The notes under the pieces are model-generated. The model searched no databases. It saw only the letters and a list, made by a program, of their open reading frames with translations, and was not told where the DNA came from. From NCBI GenBank assembly GCA_010032875.1, contig RGSB01000002.1, positions 11,546 through 75,545 on the forward strand: DNA of 64,000 nt. Reading direction: 5' to 3'. Source of the DNA: Actinomycetota bacterium (GTDB taxonomy: Bacteria; Actinomycetota; Actinomycetes; Nanopelagicales; Nanopelagicaceae). The translations under genes and the position numbers were made by a program. Within the stretch, counting starts at the first letter, position 1. Every line of letters starts with the position of its first letter. Positions 31,312-40,157 of the stretch are shown here, in pieces.

Positions 31312-32761
31312 TCCAAAAGGATTTTTATCAACTCCGCGTGAGTTGCCTAAGCGACGACCAGTTGATGTTCGCATTAGAGACTGGAACGAAGTGTATGAAC
31401 CACAAAGTTTTGAACACCTTCAAAAACAAGCTGGGCGTTGTATGGATTGTGGAATTCCGTTCTGCCATCAAGGCTGTCCGCTTGGCAATCTGATTCCGGA
31501 GTGGAATGACTTGATGTGGCGCTCAGACAAAGAGAGTGCAATTGATCGTTTACATGCAACAAATAATTTTCCAGAGTTCACTGGTCGCTTATGTCCTGCG
31601 CCATGTGAAACTGCGTGTGTAATTGGCATAAATGCAGATGCTGTAACTATTAAGCAGGTGGAACTTCGCACAGTTGAAGAAGCATTTGGAGCATCGAATG
31701 TAAAACCTTTGCCTCCTGATCGCTTATCTGGAAAGACCGTTGCGGTTATTGGTTCGGGTCCAGCAGGACTTGCAGTTGCTCAACAATTAACTAGGGCAGG
31801 TCATACTGTTGCGGTTTATGAGCGCGCAGAGAAAATAGGTGGCTTACTTCGCTATGGAATTCCAGAGTTCAAAATGGAAAAACATATTGTGGACCGCCGG
31901 CTTGTTCAGATGGAAAAAGAAGGTACTCGCTTTAGAGCGGGAGTAAATGTGGGTGTAGATCTCACTGGCGCACAATTACGTTCACGGTATGACGCTGTTG
32001 TTTTGGCAGTCGGAGCAACGCAATGGCGCGACTTAAACATTCCCGGCCGCGACTTCAAAGGTATTTATCAAGCAATGGAGTACTTGCCATGGGGTAACAA
32101 AGAAGCACTTGGCGAAATCACAGAACGACCAATTAATGTTGAAGGCAAAGATGTCATTATTTTAGGTGGTGGTGACACCGGAGCTGATTGTCTTGGAACT
32201 GCAATTCGCCAAGGTGCACGCTCAGTCACACAACTAGAAATTATGCCTCGCCCAACTGATGAACGTCCATCAAATGCACCGTGGCCAACATATCCAATGA
32301 TTTATAGAGTTTCGAGTGCGCATGAAGAACTTGATAATCGAATTTTCTCAGTCAGCACAGAAGAGTTTTTGGGTGACGCTGAAGGGAATTTGCGAGCACT
32401 TAAGATTGTAGAAACAGAGTTTAAAGATGGAAAATTCTCTCCCGTGCCAGGAACAGAACGTGAAATTCCTGCACAATTTGCTCTCCTTGCTATGGGATTT
32501 ACTGGACCTGAGCAAAATGCTTTATTGAAACAATTAGAAGTTGAAATAGATGAGCGTGGAAATATTAAGCGCGACGAAAATTTCCAGACAACATCAGAAG
32601 GAGTTTTTGTCGCTGGAGACGCAGGCCGTGGTCAATCCCTCATTGTGTGGGCTATTGCTGAAGGTCGAAGTGCAGCAGCTGCAGTTGATGCGTATTTAAC
32701 AGAAGAGAAATCACAATTGCATGCTCCAATCGTGCCAACATCTCGTCCACTTGTTTTATAG
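31304..32761 (+). CDS. gltD: Glutamate synthase small (NADPH) subunit
   Basis: It has Fe-S Cys clusters ([14 protein letters not shown]) and the GSGPAGLA dinucleotide fold. The TTG start overlaps the gltB end. Confidence 0.95.
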   Translation: MADPKGFLSTPRELPKRRPVDVRIRDWNEVYEPQSFEHLQKQAGRCMDCGIPFCHQGCPLGNLIPEWNDLMWRSDKESAIDRLHATNNFPEFTGRLCPAPCETACVIGINADAVTIKQVELRTVEEAFGASNVKPLPPDRLSGKTVAVIGSGPAGLAVAQQLTRAGHTVAVYERAEKIGGLLRYGIPEFKMEKHIVDRRLVQMEKEGTRFRAGVNVGVDLTGAQLRSRYDAVVLAVGATQWRDLNIPGRDFKGIYQAMEYLPWGNKEALGEITERPINVEGKDVIILGGGDTGADCLGTAIRQGARSVTQLEIMPRPTDERPSNAPWPTYPMIYRVSSAHEELDNRIFSVSTEEFLGDAEGNLRALKIVETEFKDGKFSPVPGTEREIPAQFALLAMGFTGPEQNALLKQLEVEIDERGNIKRDENFQTTSEGVFVAGDAGRGQSLIVWAIAEGRSAAAAVDAYLTEEKSQLHAPIVPTSRPLVL

Positions 32762-32790
32762 ACCACTGCATTTATAGATAGGGTAGGCAT

Positions 32791-34230
32791 ATGCGCCACG
32801 CGAAAATTGTTTGCACAATGGGTCCAGCTGTTGAAGCTGAAGGAAAAGTTGAGCAATTAATCGCTGCTGGAATGAACATGGCTCGCCTTAATCTTTCACA
32901 TGGATCTTATGCGGAACATCAAAGCCGAATGGATGCAGTGCGAAACGCTGCGGCGAAAGCAGGAGTACCTATTGCTGTACTTGTTGATTTACAAGGTCCA
33001 AAAATTCGCCTAGCACGCTTTGCCGATGGACCGCACGAATTATCACGCGGTGATGTTTTCACAATCACAACCGATGAAATTGAAGGCACAAAAGATCGTG
33101 TTGGCACCACCTACAAGGGATTGCCGGGGGATTGCACTGCAGGAGATCGCATTCTTATCGATGATGGAAAAGTAACAGTGGAAGTCACATCAGTTACGAA
33201 GACCGATGTCATAACAAAAGTGATCGAACCAGGAGCTGTAAGTAATAACAAAGGCATCAACTTGCCAGGAGTTGCCGTCTCTGTCCCAGCACTTTCTGAA
33301 AAGGACATTGATGATCTGCGCTGGGGATTAAAAGCTGGTGCTGACTTCATCGCGCTCTCTTTTGTACGTAGTGCTGATGACATTAAAGATGTTCATCGCA
33401 TCATGGATGAAGAAGGAATACGAGTCCCAGTAATCGCAAAAATTGAGAAACCCCAAGCTGTAGCAAATCTTGAGGGCATCGTTGCAGCCTTTGATGGCAT
33501 CATGGTTGCGCGTGGAGATCTCGGTGTAGAACTTCCAATCGAAGATGTTCCACTTGTTCAAAAGCATTGCATCGAACTCGCACGAGATGCAGCGAAACCC
33601 GTCATAGTTGCAACGCAAATGTTGGATTCGATGATCACTAACTCACGTCCAACTCGCGCAGAAGCAACTGATTGTGCAAACGCAGTATTAGATGGCGCAG
33701 ATGCTTTGATGCTCTCCGGTGAAACGAGTGTGGGCGAATTTGCAATCGAAGCTGTTGAAACAATGGCTCGCATTATTCAAAAAACAGAAGAAGGCGGTTT
33801 AGAGCGAATTCGGCCGATGATTAATTCACCGCGCACTAAAGGTGGAGCAATTACAAAGGCTGCGACCGAAGTCGGTGCGATTGTTGAAGCGAAGTATCTG
33901 GTCGCCTTTACACAAAGCGGGGACTCAGCACGACGGATGTCACGATTGCGTTCACCAATTCCCATTTTGGCTCTCACTCCTGAAGTTGGAACCTATAACC
34001 GTCTTGCTCTGACATGGGGCGTCGAACCCATGATCACCGAAATGGTTAAGCACACAGATGACATGGTTAAGTTAGTAGACACAGTTTTGATTCAGAGTGG
34101 TCGCGCCAAAAAGGGTGAAAACGTAATGATTGTTGCGGGCTCTCCTCCCGGAATACCAGGCTCTACAAATGCAATGCGTGTGCACATCGTTGGCGATGCA
34201 ATAGCTGGCGTTGCCCCTGGTTATCGTTAA
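32791..34230 (+). CDS. pyk: Pyruvate kinase
   Basis: Motifs are KIVCTMGPA, MNMARLNLSHG, IMVARGDLGVE and MLDSM. Confidence 0.97.
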   Translation: MRHAKIVCTMGPAVEAEGKVEQLIAAGMNMARLNLSHGSYAEHQSRMDAVRNAAAKAGVPIAVLVDLQGPKIRLARFADGPHELSRGDVFTITTDEIEGTKDRVGTTYKGLPGDCTAGDRILIDDGKVTVEVTSVTKTDVITKVIEPGAVSNNKGINLPGVAVSVPALSEKDIDDLRWGLKAGADFIALSFVRSADDIKDVHRIMDEEGIRVPVIAKIEKPQAVANLEGIVAAFDGIMVARGDLGVELPIEDVPLVQKHCIELARDAAKPVIVATQMLDSMITNSRPTRAEATDCANAVLDGADALMLSGETSVGEFAIEAVETMARIIQKTEEGGLERIRPMINSPRTKGGAITKAATEVGAIVEAKYLVAFTQSGDSARRMSRLRSPIPILALTPEVGTYNRLALTWGVEPMITEMVKHTDDMVKLVDTVLIQSGRAKKGENVMIVAGSPPGIPGSTNAMRVHIVGDAIAGVAPGYR

Positions 34231-34280
34231 TTACGCTTATATTTTCTCCGAAACCAATTTGCACGTTAGACTTTTGCTGC

Positions 34281-34353
34281 GCCTCGGTACTCCAACGGTA
34301 GAGAGGGCAGTCTCAAACACTGCATAGTGTCGGTTCGAATCCGACTCGGGGCA
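34281..34353 (+). tRNA. 73-nt tRNA with anticodon CAA (Leu by anticodon) but only a 5-nt variable loop; CCA is not encoded
   Basis: Hand fold: acceptor stem GCCTCGG/TCGGGGC (two G-U pairs); D arm CTC(C)-AACGGTAG-(A)GAG; anticodon stem GCAGT/ACTGC with loop CTCAAAC; variable region ATAGT; T arm GTCGG-TTCGAAT-CCGAC; discriminator A. A TAGACT (-10-like) hexamer sits at 34267-34272, 8 nt upstream. Confidence 0.85.
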
Positions 34354-34354
34354 C

Positions 34355-34930
34355 ATGAGCACAATACGAATTTTAGTTGCCGAAGATGAGGCACTGATTC
34401 GTATGGATTTAGTAGAAATGCTCACCGAATCTGGTTACGAAGTAATAGCGCAAGCAACCAATGGCGCTGAAGCAATTGAATTAGCCAAAGAACACAAACC
34501 AGATTTAGCAATACTTGATGTAAAGATGCCAGTACTTGATGGCATTTCGGCGGCAGAAGAAATCATTTCCATTGCACCAGTGTTAATGCTTACAGCATTT
34601 AGTCAAAAAGAACTCGTAGATCGGGCCCGAGATGCAGGTGTCATGGCTTACGTTGTAAAGCCATTCACCATTAATGATTTGATTCCATCAATTGAAATTG
34701 CAATAAGTCGCCATACACAAATGAAATCTTTAGCTGATGAAGTTGCAGATTTGCACGAAAGACTAGAAACTCGCAAGTTAGTTGACAGAGCAAAAGGAAT
34801 TTTGATGCAGGCCCTCAACCTCACAGAACCTGAGGCATTTTCGTGGATTCAAAGGGCAGCGATGGATCGTCGATTGAGCATGAGGGCCGTGGCGGAAGCT
34901 GTAATTTCCCCCACTGCCGTTCCTGAGTGA
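34355..34930 (+). CDS. pdtaR: Response regulator with receiver plus ANTAR RNA-binding domain (PdtaR-like)
   Basis: The receiver domain has ILVAEDE...ILDVKMP...KPF. The ANTAR domain has RKLVDRAKGILMQ...RLSMRAVAEAVI. Confidence 0.92.
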   Translation: MSTIRILVAEDEALIRMDLVEMLTESGYEVIAQATNGAEAIELAKEHKPDLAILDVKMPVLDGISAAEEIISIAPVLMLTAFSQKELVDRARDAGVMAYVVKPFTINDLIPSIEIAISRHTQMKSLADEVADLHERLETRKLVDRAKGILMQALNLTEPEAFSWIQRAAMDRRLSMRAVAEAVISPTAVPE

Positions 34931-35007
34931 AAATAGGGCTGAAAACTTTCTTGGAACGAGCTTTCACGCTCACTTTCGTCTTGTCCGAAAGCGCCCCTTG
35001 CCATTAC

Positions 35008-35048
35008 CCTTTCCATCTCCCTGTCCCGGGACACAAGAACAGGAAAGG
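35008..35048 (+). promoter_or_regulatory. Putative SD-sequestering helix in the livK leader
   Basis: CCTTTCC (35008-35014) is the perfect complement of the Shine-Dalgarno GGAAAGG (35042-35048). That SD lies 6 nt upstream of the ATG at 35055. The helix encloses the palindrome TGTCCCGGGACA (35022-35033). Confidence 0.4.
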
Positions 35049-35054
35049 CAATAC

Positions 35055-36188
35055 ATGAAGAAGATCATCTCCGCTATTGCAACTGTTGCACTCGTTGTTG
35101 GAACAGCTGTTGCTGTTGCACCAGCAGCTAATGCAGCGTGCTCTGGCAAGCTAAAGATCGCATACCAAGGTCCACTAACAGGACCTGAAGCTGCACTAGG
35201 TATTAACGAACTTAATGGTGTGAAGTTTGCTCTTAAGAAGTTCCTAGATGCTAACAAGGGTGCAAACGTAGATCCAACAGTTTATGAAGTTGATGACCAA
35301 GGAGATCCAGCAGTTGCTGGTCCAATTGCTCCTAAGGTTGCAGCAGAAGAGTGCGTAGTTGCACTCGTTGGTCCTGCTTACTCAGGTGCATCAAAGGTTT
35401 CACTACCTGTGTACCTATCAGCAGGTCTACCAATCATCACACCATCTGCAACAAACCCAACACTTCCATCTTTTGGTAAGTCAATCTTCCACCGTGCGGT
35501 GTTGACAGATGATTACCAGGGTCCAGCAGCAGCACGTTTGATCGTGTCAAAGAACAAGAACGCAAAGGTGTTCTTGGTTAACGACGCATCAGATTACGCA
35601 GTTGGTCTACAAAAGACTGTTGACATCACACTTGCTGGCCGCGTTGTCGGTAAGGATGTAACACCAACAGGTACAACAGACTTCACAGCAACAATTGCCA
35701 AGATCAAGAAGTCAAAGGCAACAGCTGTGTTCTACTCAGGTTACTTCTCACAAGCTGCAGTATTCGTAAAGCAGCTTCGTGACTCAGGTTCAAAGATCAT
35801 CTTCGCATCTGGCGACGGAACACTCGATGACCAGTTCATCAAGTTGGCTCGCAAAGCTGCTGAAGGTGCACTTCTAACAGCTCCTGCTGTTCCATTCGAA
35901 ACTGCATCTCCAAAGCTCGCTAAGGAAATGGTTGCAGCAGGATGGAAGCCTGGCGTTTACACAACAGAGTCATTCGATGCAGCTAACTTCTTCCTTGATG
36001 CAATCAAGGCAGGAAATACTGATCGCGCAAGCATCAATAAGTACGTCTCTACTAAGTCACACAAGGGTCTTTCAAAGACACTTAAGTTTGATGCAGATGG
36101 AGAAGTATCTGGTGCTGACGTAAATGGCTTCATCGTCAAGAATGGAAAACTTGTACCGGTGAGCAATCACCGACTCCGACTCTTATAA
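35055..36188 (+). CDS. livK: Branched-chain/general amino acid ABC transporter substrate-binding protein (LivK/AmiC family), secreted or lipoprotein
   Basis: It has the signal peptide MKKIISAIATVALVVGTAVAVAPAANAAC and the type I periplasmic binding fold. It is followed by livHMGF. I prefer the start at 35055, with its SD, over the track start at 34998. Confidence 0.88.
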   Translation: MKKIISAIATVALVVGTAVAVAPAANAACSGKLKIAYQGPLTGPEAALGINELNGVKFALKKFLDANKGANVDPTVYEVDDQGDPAVAGPIAPKVAAEECVVALVGPAYSGASKVSLPVYLSAGLPIITPSATNPTLPSFGKSIFHRAVLTDDYQGPAAARLIVSKNKNAKVFLVNDASDYAVGLQKTVDITLAGRVVGKDVTPTGTTDFTATIAKIKKSKATAVFYSGYFSQAAVFVKQLRDSGSKIIFASGDGTLDDQFIKLARKAAEGALLTAPAVPFETASPKLAKEMVAAGWKPGVYTTESFDAANFFLDAIKAGNTDRASINKYVSTKSHKGLSKTLKFDADGEVSGADVNGFIVKNGKLVPVSNHRLRLL

Positions 36189-36202
36189 GGATTGGGTGAG
36201 AA

Positions 36203-37153
36203 ATGGATTTTGCACTCCTGCACGATGCCTTTTGGGGGCTGACCTTTGATGGTCTTGCACTTGGTGCGATTTATGCATTGATCTCACTTGGCTACACACT
36301 CGTCTACGGAGTTCTGCGTCTGATCAACTTCGCTCACTCGGAAGTTTTCATGATCGGAACTTTTTCTGCCCTCGTTGCTTCAGGAATAATGGGCGTAAAA
36401 GTAGAAGATGATCCGCGTACCGGCTGGAACATGATTTTTACCCTTCTTATATGTCTAGTCGCTGCCATGTTGGCCTCAGGCATTACCGCGGTCTTAGTTG
36501 AAATTGTTGCCTATCGCAGATTGAGGCAAAGAGGTGCAACTAAATTAGCAACTCTGATTTCGGCAATCGGGGTTTCTATTTCACTCGTTGAATTATTTCG
36601 AATTATCACTGATTCATTGCCACGCGAATTTCCGCGCATCATGGACAAGACCTTTTTATTCTCTTACGCGGGTGCAGACATCCGAAATGACAAGGTAATT
36701 GTTATCATCGCAGCTGGATTAATGATGTTCGCACTTGAGCGATTTATTTCAAAGTCTCGCTATGGAAAAGGCATTCGTGCCGTGTCAATGGATGAAAATA
36801 CTGCGACTTTGATGGGCGTAAATATTAATAAAGTTATTACTGTTACATTCTTAGCTGGTGGGCTAATGGCTGGCGCCGCGGCATTTTTCTACATCCTTGT
36901 TTACGAAAATACATCTTTTAAGGTGGGCTTTTTCCTAGGAATCAGCGCATTCACCGCTGCCGTTCTCGGTGGAATCGGAAACCTTAAAGGTGCGCTTTTC
37001 GGTGGCTTTGTTCTAGGAATTCTAGAAACCTACACAAGTGCTGTTTTTGGTACGGCTTGGAAAGCAGTTATTTCATTTTTAATTCTTGTCTTGGTATTGC
37101 TCATAAAGCCAACTGGCTTATTCGGTGAATCAATTCAGCAGGCGAGGGTCTAA
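36203..37153 (+). CDS. livH: Branched-chain amino acid ABC transporter permease
   Basis: It is a polytopic LivH-type permease in the liv operon context. Confidence 0.9.
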   Translation: MDFALLHDAFWGLTFDGLALGAIYALISLGYTLVYGVLRLINFAHSEVFMIGTFSALVASGIMGVKVEDDPRTGWNMIFTLLICLVAAMLASGITAVLVEIVAYRRLRQRGATKLATLISAIGVSISLVELFRIITDSLPREFPRIMDKTFLFSYAGADIRNDKVIVIIAAGLMMFALERFISKSRYGKGIRAVSMDENTATLMGVNINKVITVTFLAGGLMAGAAAFFYILVYENTSFKVGFFLGISAFTAAVLGGIGNLKGALFGGFVLGILETYTSAVFGTAWKAVISFLILVLVLLIKPTGLFGESIQQARV

Positions 37154-38217
37154 TGGCTGACAAAAAGAATCGCTATAACATCCGAGATCACGCTGCAACT
37201 TACTGGGAGAATTCTCCTAAATGGCGTCGCGTATCGATGTCAATTGCCTTCATAGCCTTCTTTTATGCACTTCCATTCCTCAATAACCCTTTGGTAAATA
37301 CACCAGGTTCTGATTTCCAATCTGTTCTCTTCTATCCAGTCGGAATGTACGTTTTGATGGCAATTGGTCTTAATATTGTTGTTGGTAAGAGCGGACTTCT
37401 TGATTTGGGTTACGTCGCATTCTTCGCAATTGGTGCGTACACGATGGCGATTCTTGGAACGCATACTGCTCTTAATTTCTGGGAAATTCTTCCTATTGGT
37501 ATAGCTCTATCAATGGTTGCTGGAGTTCTCCTAGGTACGCCAACTCTTCGTCTTCGTGGCGATTACTTAGCAATTGTCACTCTTGGATTCGGTGAAATCG
37601 TTCGAATCGTTGCCGTCAATATTGAAGCAATCGGTGGCCCACGCGGTATCGCAGGAATCCCAACACCACCAGATTTATTTAAGGCCAAGTTCACTATTTT
37701 GGATCCAAAGCCTTATTACTGGGTGCTGCTTACTTTCACATTGTTAGTTATTTGGATGGTTCGCCGAATGGCAGCCCGTCGACCAGGACGTGCATGGGAT
37801 GCAATTCGCCAAGATGATGATGTCGCACAGTTGATGGGCGTTAACACTTTAAAGTACAAGGTCTGGGCATTCGTCCTTGGAGCAGCTGTTGCTGGCGCAG
37901 GTGGCGTTCTCTACGCATCACAAATTCTTTCAATCGTTCCAGATCAATTCAATTTAAACGTTTCGATTTTGATTCTTGCATGCGTTGTATTTGGTGGAAT
38001 CGGAAATCTATGGGGCGTAATCCTTGGTGCAGCGCTTTTGGCCTTTACCCCAGAGCGCATTCGCTTCTTGAGTCAACCACGTATTTTGGTCTTCGGTATT
38101 GCTCTCGTTGTAATGATGAATCTACGTCCAGATGGAATTTTACCTAAGAAAAAGCGTGAACACTTTGATCCAAATTGGAAAAGCGTTGAAGAATCTGGTG
38201 AAGGGGAGATCAAGTAA
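37153..38217 (+). CDS. livM: Branched-chain amino acid ABC transporter permease
   Basis: It is a polytopic LivM-type permease with a TAATG overlap with livH. Confidence 0.9.
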   Translation: MADKKNRYNIRDHAATYWENSPKWRRVSMSIAFIAFFYALPFLNNPLVNTPGSDFQSVLFYPVGMYVLMAIGLNIVVGKSGLLDLGYVAFFAIGAYTMAILGTHTALNFWEILPIGIALSMVAGVLLGTPTLRLRGDYLAIVTLGFGEIVRIVAVNIEAIGGPRGIAGIPTPPDLFKAKFTILDPKPYYWVLLTFTLLVIWMVRRMAARRPGRAWDAIRQDDDVAQLMGVNTLKYKVWAFVLGAAVAGAGGVLYASQILSIVPDQFNLNVSILILACVVFGGIGNLWGVILGAALLAFTPERIRFLSQPRILVFGIALVVMMNLRPDGILPKKKREHFDPNWKSVEESGEGEIK

Positions 38218-38993
38218 TGTCTGAAAAATTGCTCGAACTCAAAAATATCACCATGAAATTTGGTGGAGTGACAGCCCTGAGCGAGGTTAATCTCCACGTT
38301 AGCAAGGGTGAGATTGCCGCTTTAATCGGACCAAATGGTGCCGGTAAGACAACCGTCTTTAACGTTGTCACAGGTGTTTACAAACCAACTTCTGGTGAAG
38401 TGAATTTCGTAGGACAATCAGTAGTTGGAAAGAAGCGCTATCAAGTAACGAAAATGGGCATTGCACGTACATTCCAAAATATTCGCCTCTTCGGTGAAAG
38501 CACTGCGCTAGAAAATGTTGTTACAGGAGCAGATGTTCATTCAAAGTCCGGAGTGGTTGGCGCAATTTTTGGAACACCACGTTCACGCCGCGAGGAAGCA
38601 GCGGCACTAGAGCGTGGCATGGAGCTACTGGAGTTCATGGGACTTAAGCATCGTGCAGGTCAACTCGGTAAGAATTTACCTTATGGAGATCAACGACGTC
38701 TTGAAATCGCACGTGCACTAGCAACAAATCCACAACTGCTATTGCTTGATGAACCAGCCGCAGGATTTAACCCAGCTGAAAAAGTTGCACTAGCCGCAAC
38801 GATTCGCAAGATTAGAGATGCTGGTTATACAGTTCTTCTCATTGAGCATGACATGTCGCTGATTATGGATATTTCAGATCGCGTAGCAGTCTTGGACTTC
38901 GGCCAAAAAATCGCTGATGATGTACCAAAGGTTGTCCAAAATGATCCACGTGTTATCGAAGCGTATTTAGGAGCACCTGCTGATGCGTCTTGA
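38217..38993 (+). CDS. livG: Branched-chain amino acid ABC transporter ATP-binding protein
   Basis: It has Walker A GPNGAGKTT, the signature YGDQRRLEIARAL and Walker B LLLLDEP. Confidence 0.93.
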   Translation: MSEKLLELKNITMKFGGVTALSEVNLHVSKGEIAALIGPNGAGKTTVFNVVTGVYKPTSGEVNFVGQSVVGKKRYQVTKMGIARTFQNIRLFGESTALENVVTGADVHSKSGVVGAIFGTPRSRREEAAALERGMELLEFMGLKHRAGQLGKNLPYGDQRRLEIARALATNPQLLLLDEPAAGFNPAEKVALAATIRKIRDAGYTVLLIEHDMSLIMDISDRVAVLDFGQKIADDVPKVVQNDPRVIEAYLGAPADAS

Positions 38994-39702
38994 AATTAAA
39001 GATTTACACGTGCATTACGGCAAGATTGAAGCAATTAAAGGTATCAGCGTCACCGTTAATGAAGGTGAAATTGTTACTCTCATCGGTGCCAACGGTGCTG
39101 GCAAAACAACGATGCTTAAGACTATTTCTGGACTACGTCCGGTTTCTAGCGGACAAATTATTTTCAATGGCGAAGATATTTCCAAAATGCCTGCACATAA
39201 GCGTGCCGATCTTGGTTTAGCTCAGGCACCAGAAGGTCGCGGAATTTTCGTGGGTATGAGCGTTTTGGAAAACCTAGAAATGGGAAAGTACAACCGTAAA
39301 GATCGAAAATCTGAGATGAGTGAAGATCTTGAAAGAGTTTTTCATTTGTTCCCACGTTTGAAAGAACGTATCTCCCAAGTTGGCGGAACTCTTTCAGGTG
39401 GAGAACAGCAGATGCTTGCTATTGGACGCGCTCTTATGGCACGGCCAAAGGTTTTGTTACTTGATGAACCTTCCATGGGTCTTGCTCCACTGATGATTGC
39501 AAATATCTTTAACATCATCACCGAAATCAATAAGACCGGAACAACCATTCTTCTTGTAGAACAAAACGCCCAACAAGCTCTACAACGTGCACACCGTGCT
39601 TACGTTCTAGAAGTTGGTCACGTTGTGAAGGAAGCAAAGGCATCAGATTTGCTTAACGATCCAGCTGTTCGCGCCGCTTACCTCGGAACAGGCGCACACT
39701 AA
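38983..39702 (+). CDS. livF: Branched-chain amino acid ABC transporter ATP-binding protein
   Basis: It has Walker A GANGAGKTT, the signature LSGGEQQMLAIGRAL and Walker B LLLDEPS. Confidence 0.93.
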   Translation: MRLEIKDLHVHYGKIEAIKGISVTVNEGEIVTLIGANGAGKTTMLKTISGLRPVSSGQIIFNGEDISKMPAHKRADLGLAQAPEGRGIFVGMSVLENLEMGKYNRKDRKSEMSEDLERVFHLFPRLKERISQVGGTLSGGEQQMLAIGRALMARPKVLLLDEPSMGLAPLMIANIFNIITEINKTGTTILLVEQNAQQALQRAHRAYVLEVGHVVKEAKASDLLNDPAVRAAYLGTGAH

Positions 39703-39712
39703 CTTTTAATTT

Positions 39713-40123
39713 TTAGCGCTCTACAAGAATCAAACAAGTAATACGTGCTGTACAAGTACGTTGACCTTCGTCATTTGTAATCACTATGTCATAGCAACAC
39801 ATCGTTTTACCTAGTGACACCGCTGTGGCGACACCGGTAACCACTCCTTTGGTCGCTGATTTATGATGAGTGGCATTGATATCTACGCCAACTATTTTTC
39901 GGGTTGGTCCCGCATGGAGTTGTGTACCTATAGAACCTAAACTTTCGGCTAATACAACATTTGCACCGCCATGAAGCAATCCAATTGGTTGCGTATTTCC
40001 TTCAACAGGCATCGTGCCAACAAGGCGTTCCGGGGAAGCTTCGATGATCTCGATTCCCATTTTCTTGTCGAGAGCACCTATACCGCGTTCACGAATTGCT
40101 TTAAGAAAGTCTGGTTGTTCCAT
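39713..40123 (-). CDS. PaaI/YbdB-family hotdog-fold thioesterase
   Basis: It is 136 aa with GLLHGGANVVLAESLGS, the motif typical of PaaI-type thioesterases. Confidence 0.8.
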   Translation of the reverse strand: MEQPDFLKAIRERGIGALDKKMGIEIIEASPERLVGTMPVEGNTQPIGLLHGGANVVLAESLGSIGTQLHAGPTRKIVGVDINATHHKSATKGVVTGVATAVSLGKTMCCYDIVITNDEGQRTCTARITCLILVER

Positions 40124-40157
40124 GGGTTGAGTCTAACTTGCCTCATAGGATGCGCAC

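Noticed and set aside
34237-34425. A 62-aa minus-strand ORF spanning the tRNA, and the alternative reading of the tRNA on the minus strand as tRNA-Gln(UUG).
   Set aside because: The ORF is spurious because it covers an RNA gene. On the minus strand the two G-U acceptor pairs become C-A mismatches, and neither a GG D-loop nor a TTC T-loop is present.
34998-35054. An N-terminal extension of the livK ORF (track start 34998).
   Set aside because: The extension precedes a textbook signal peptide that starts at the ATG at 35055 with its own SD. The extended region is better explained as leader RNA.
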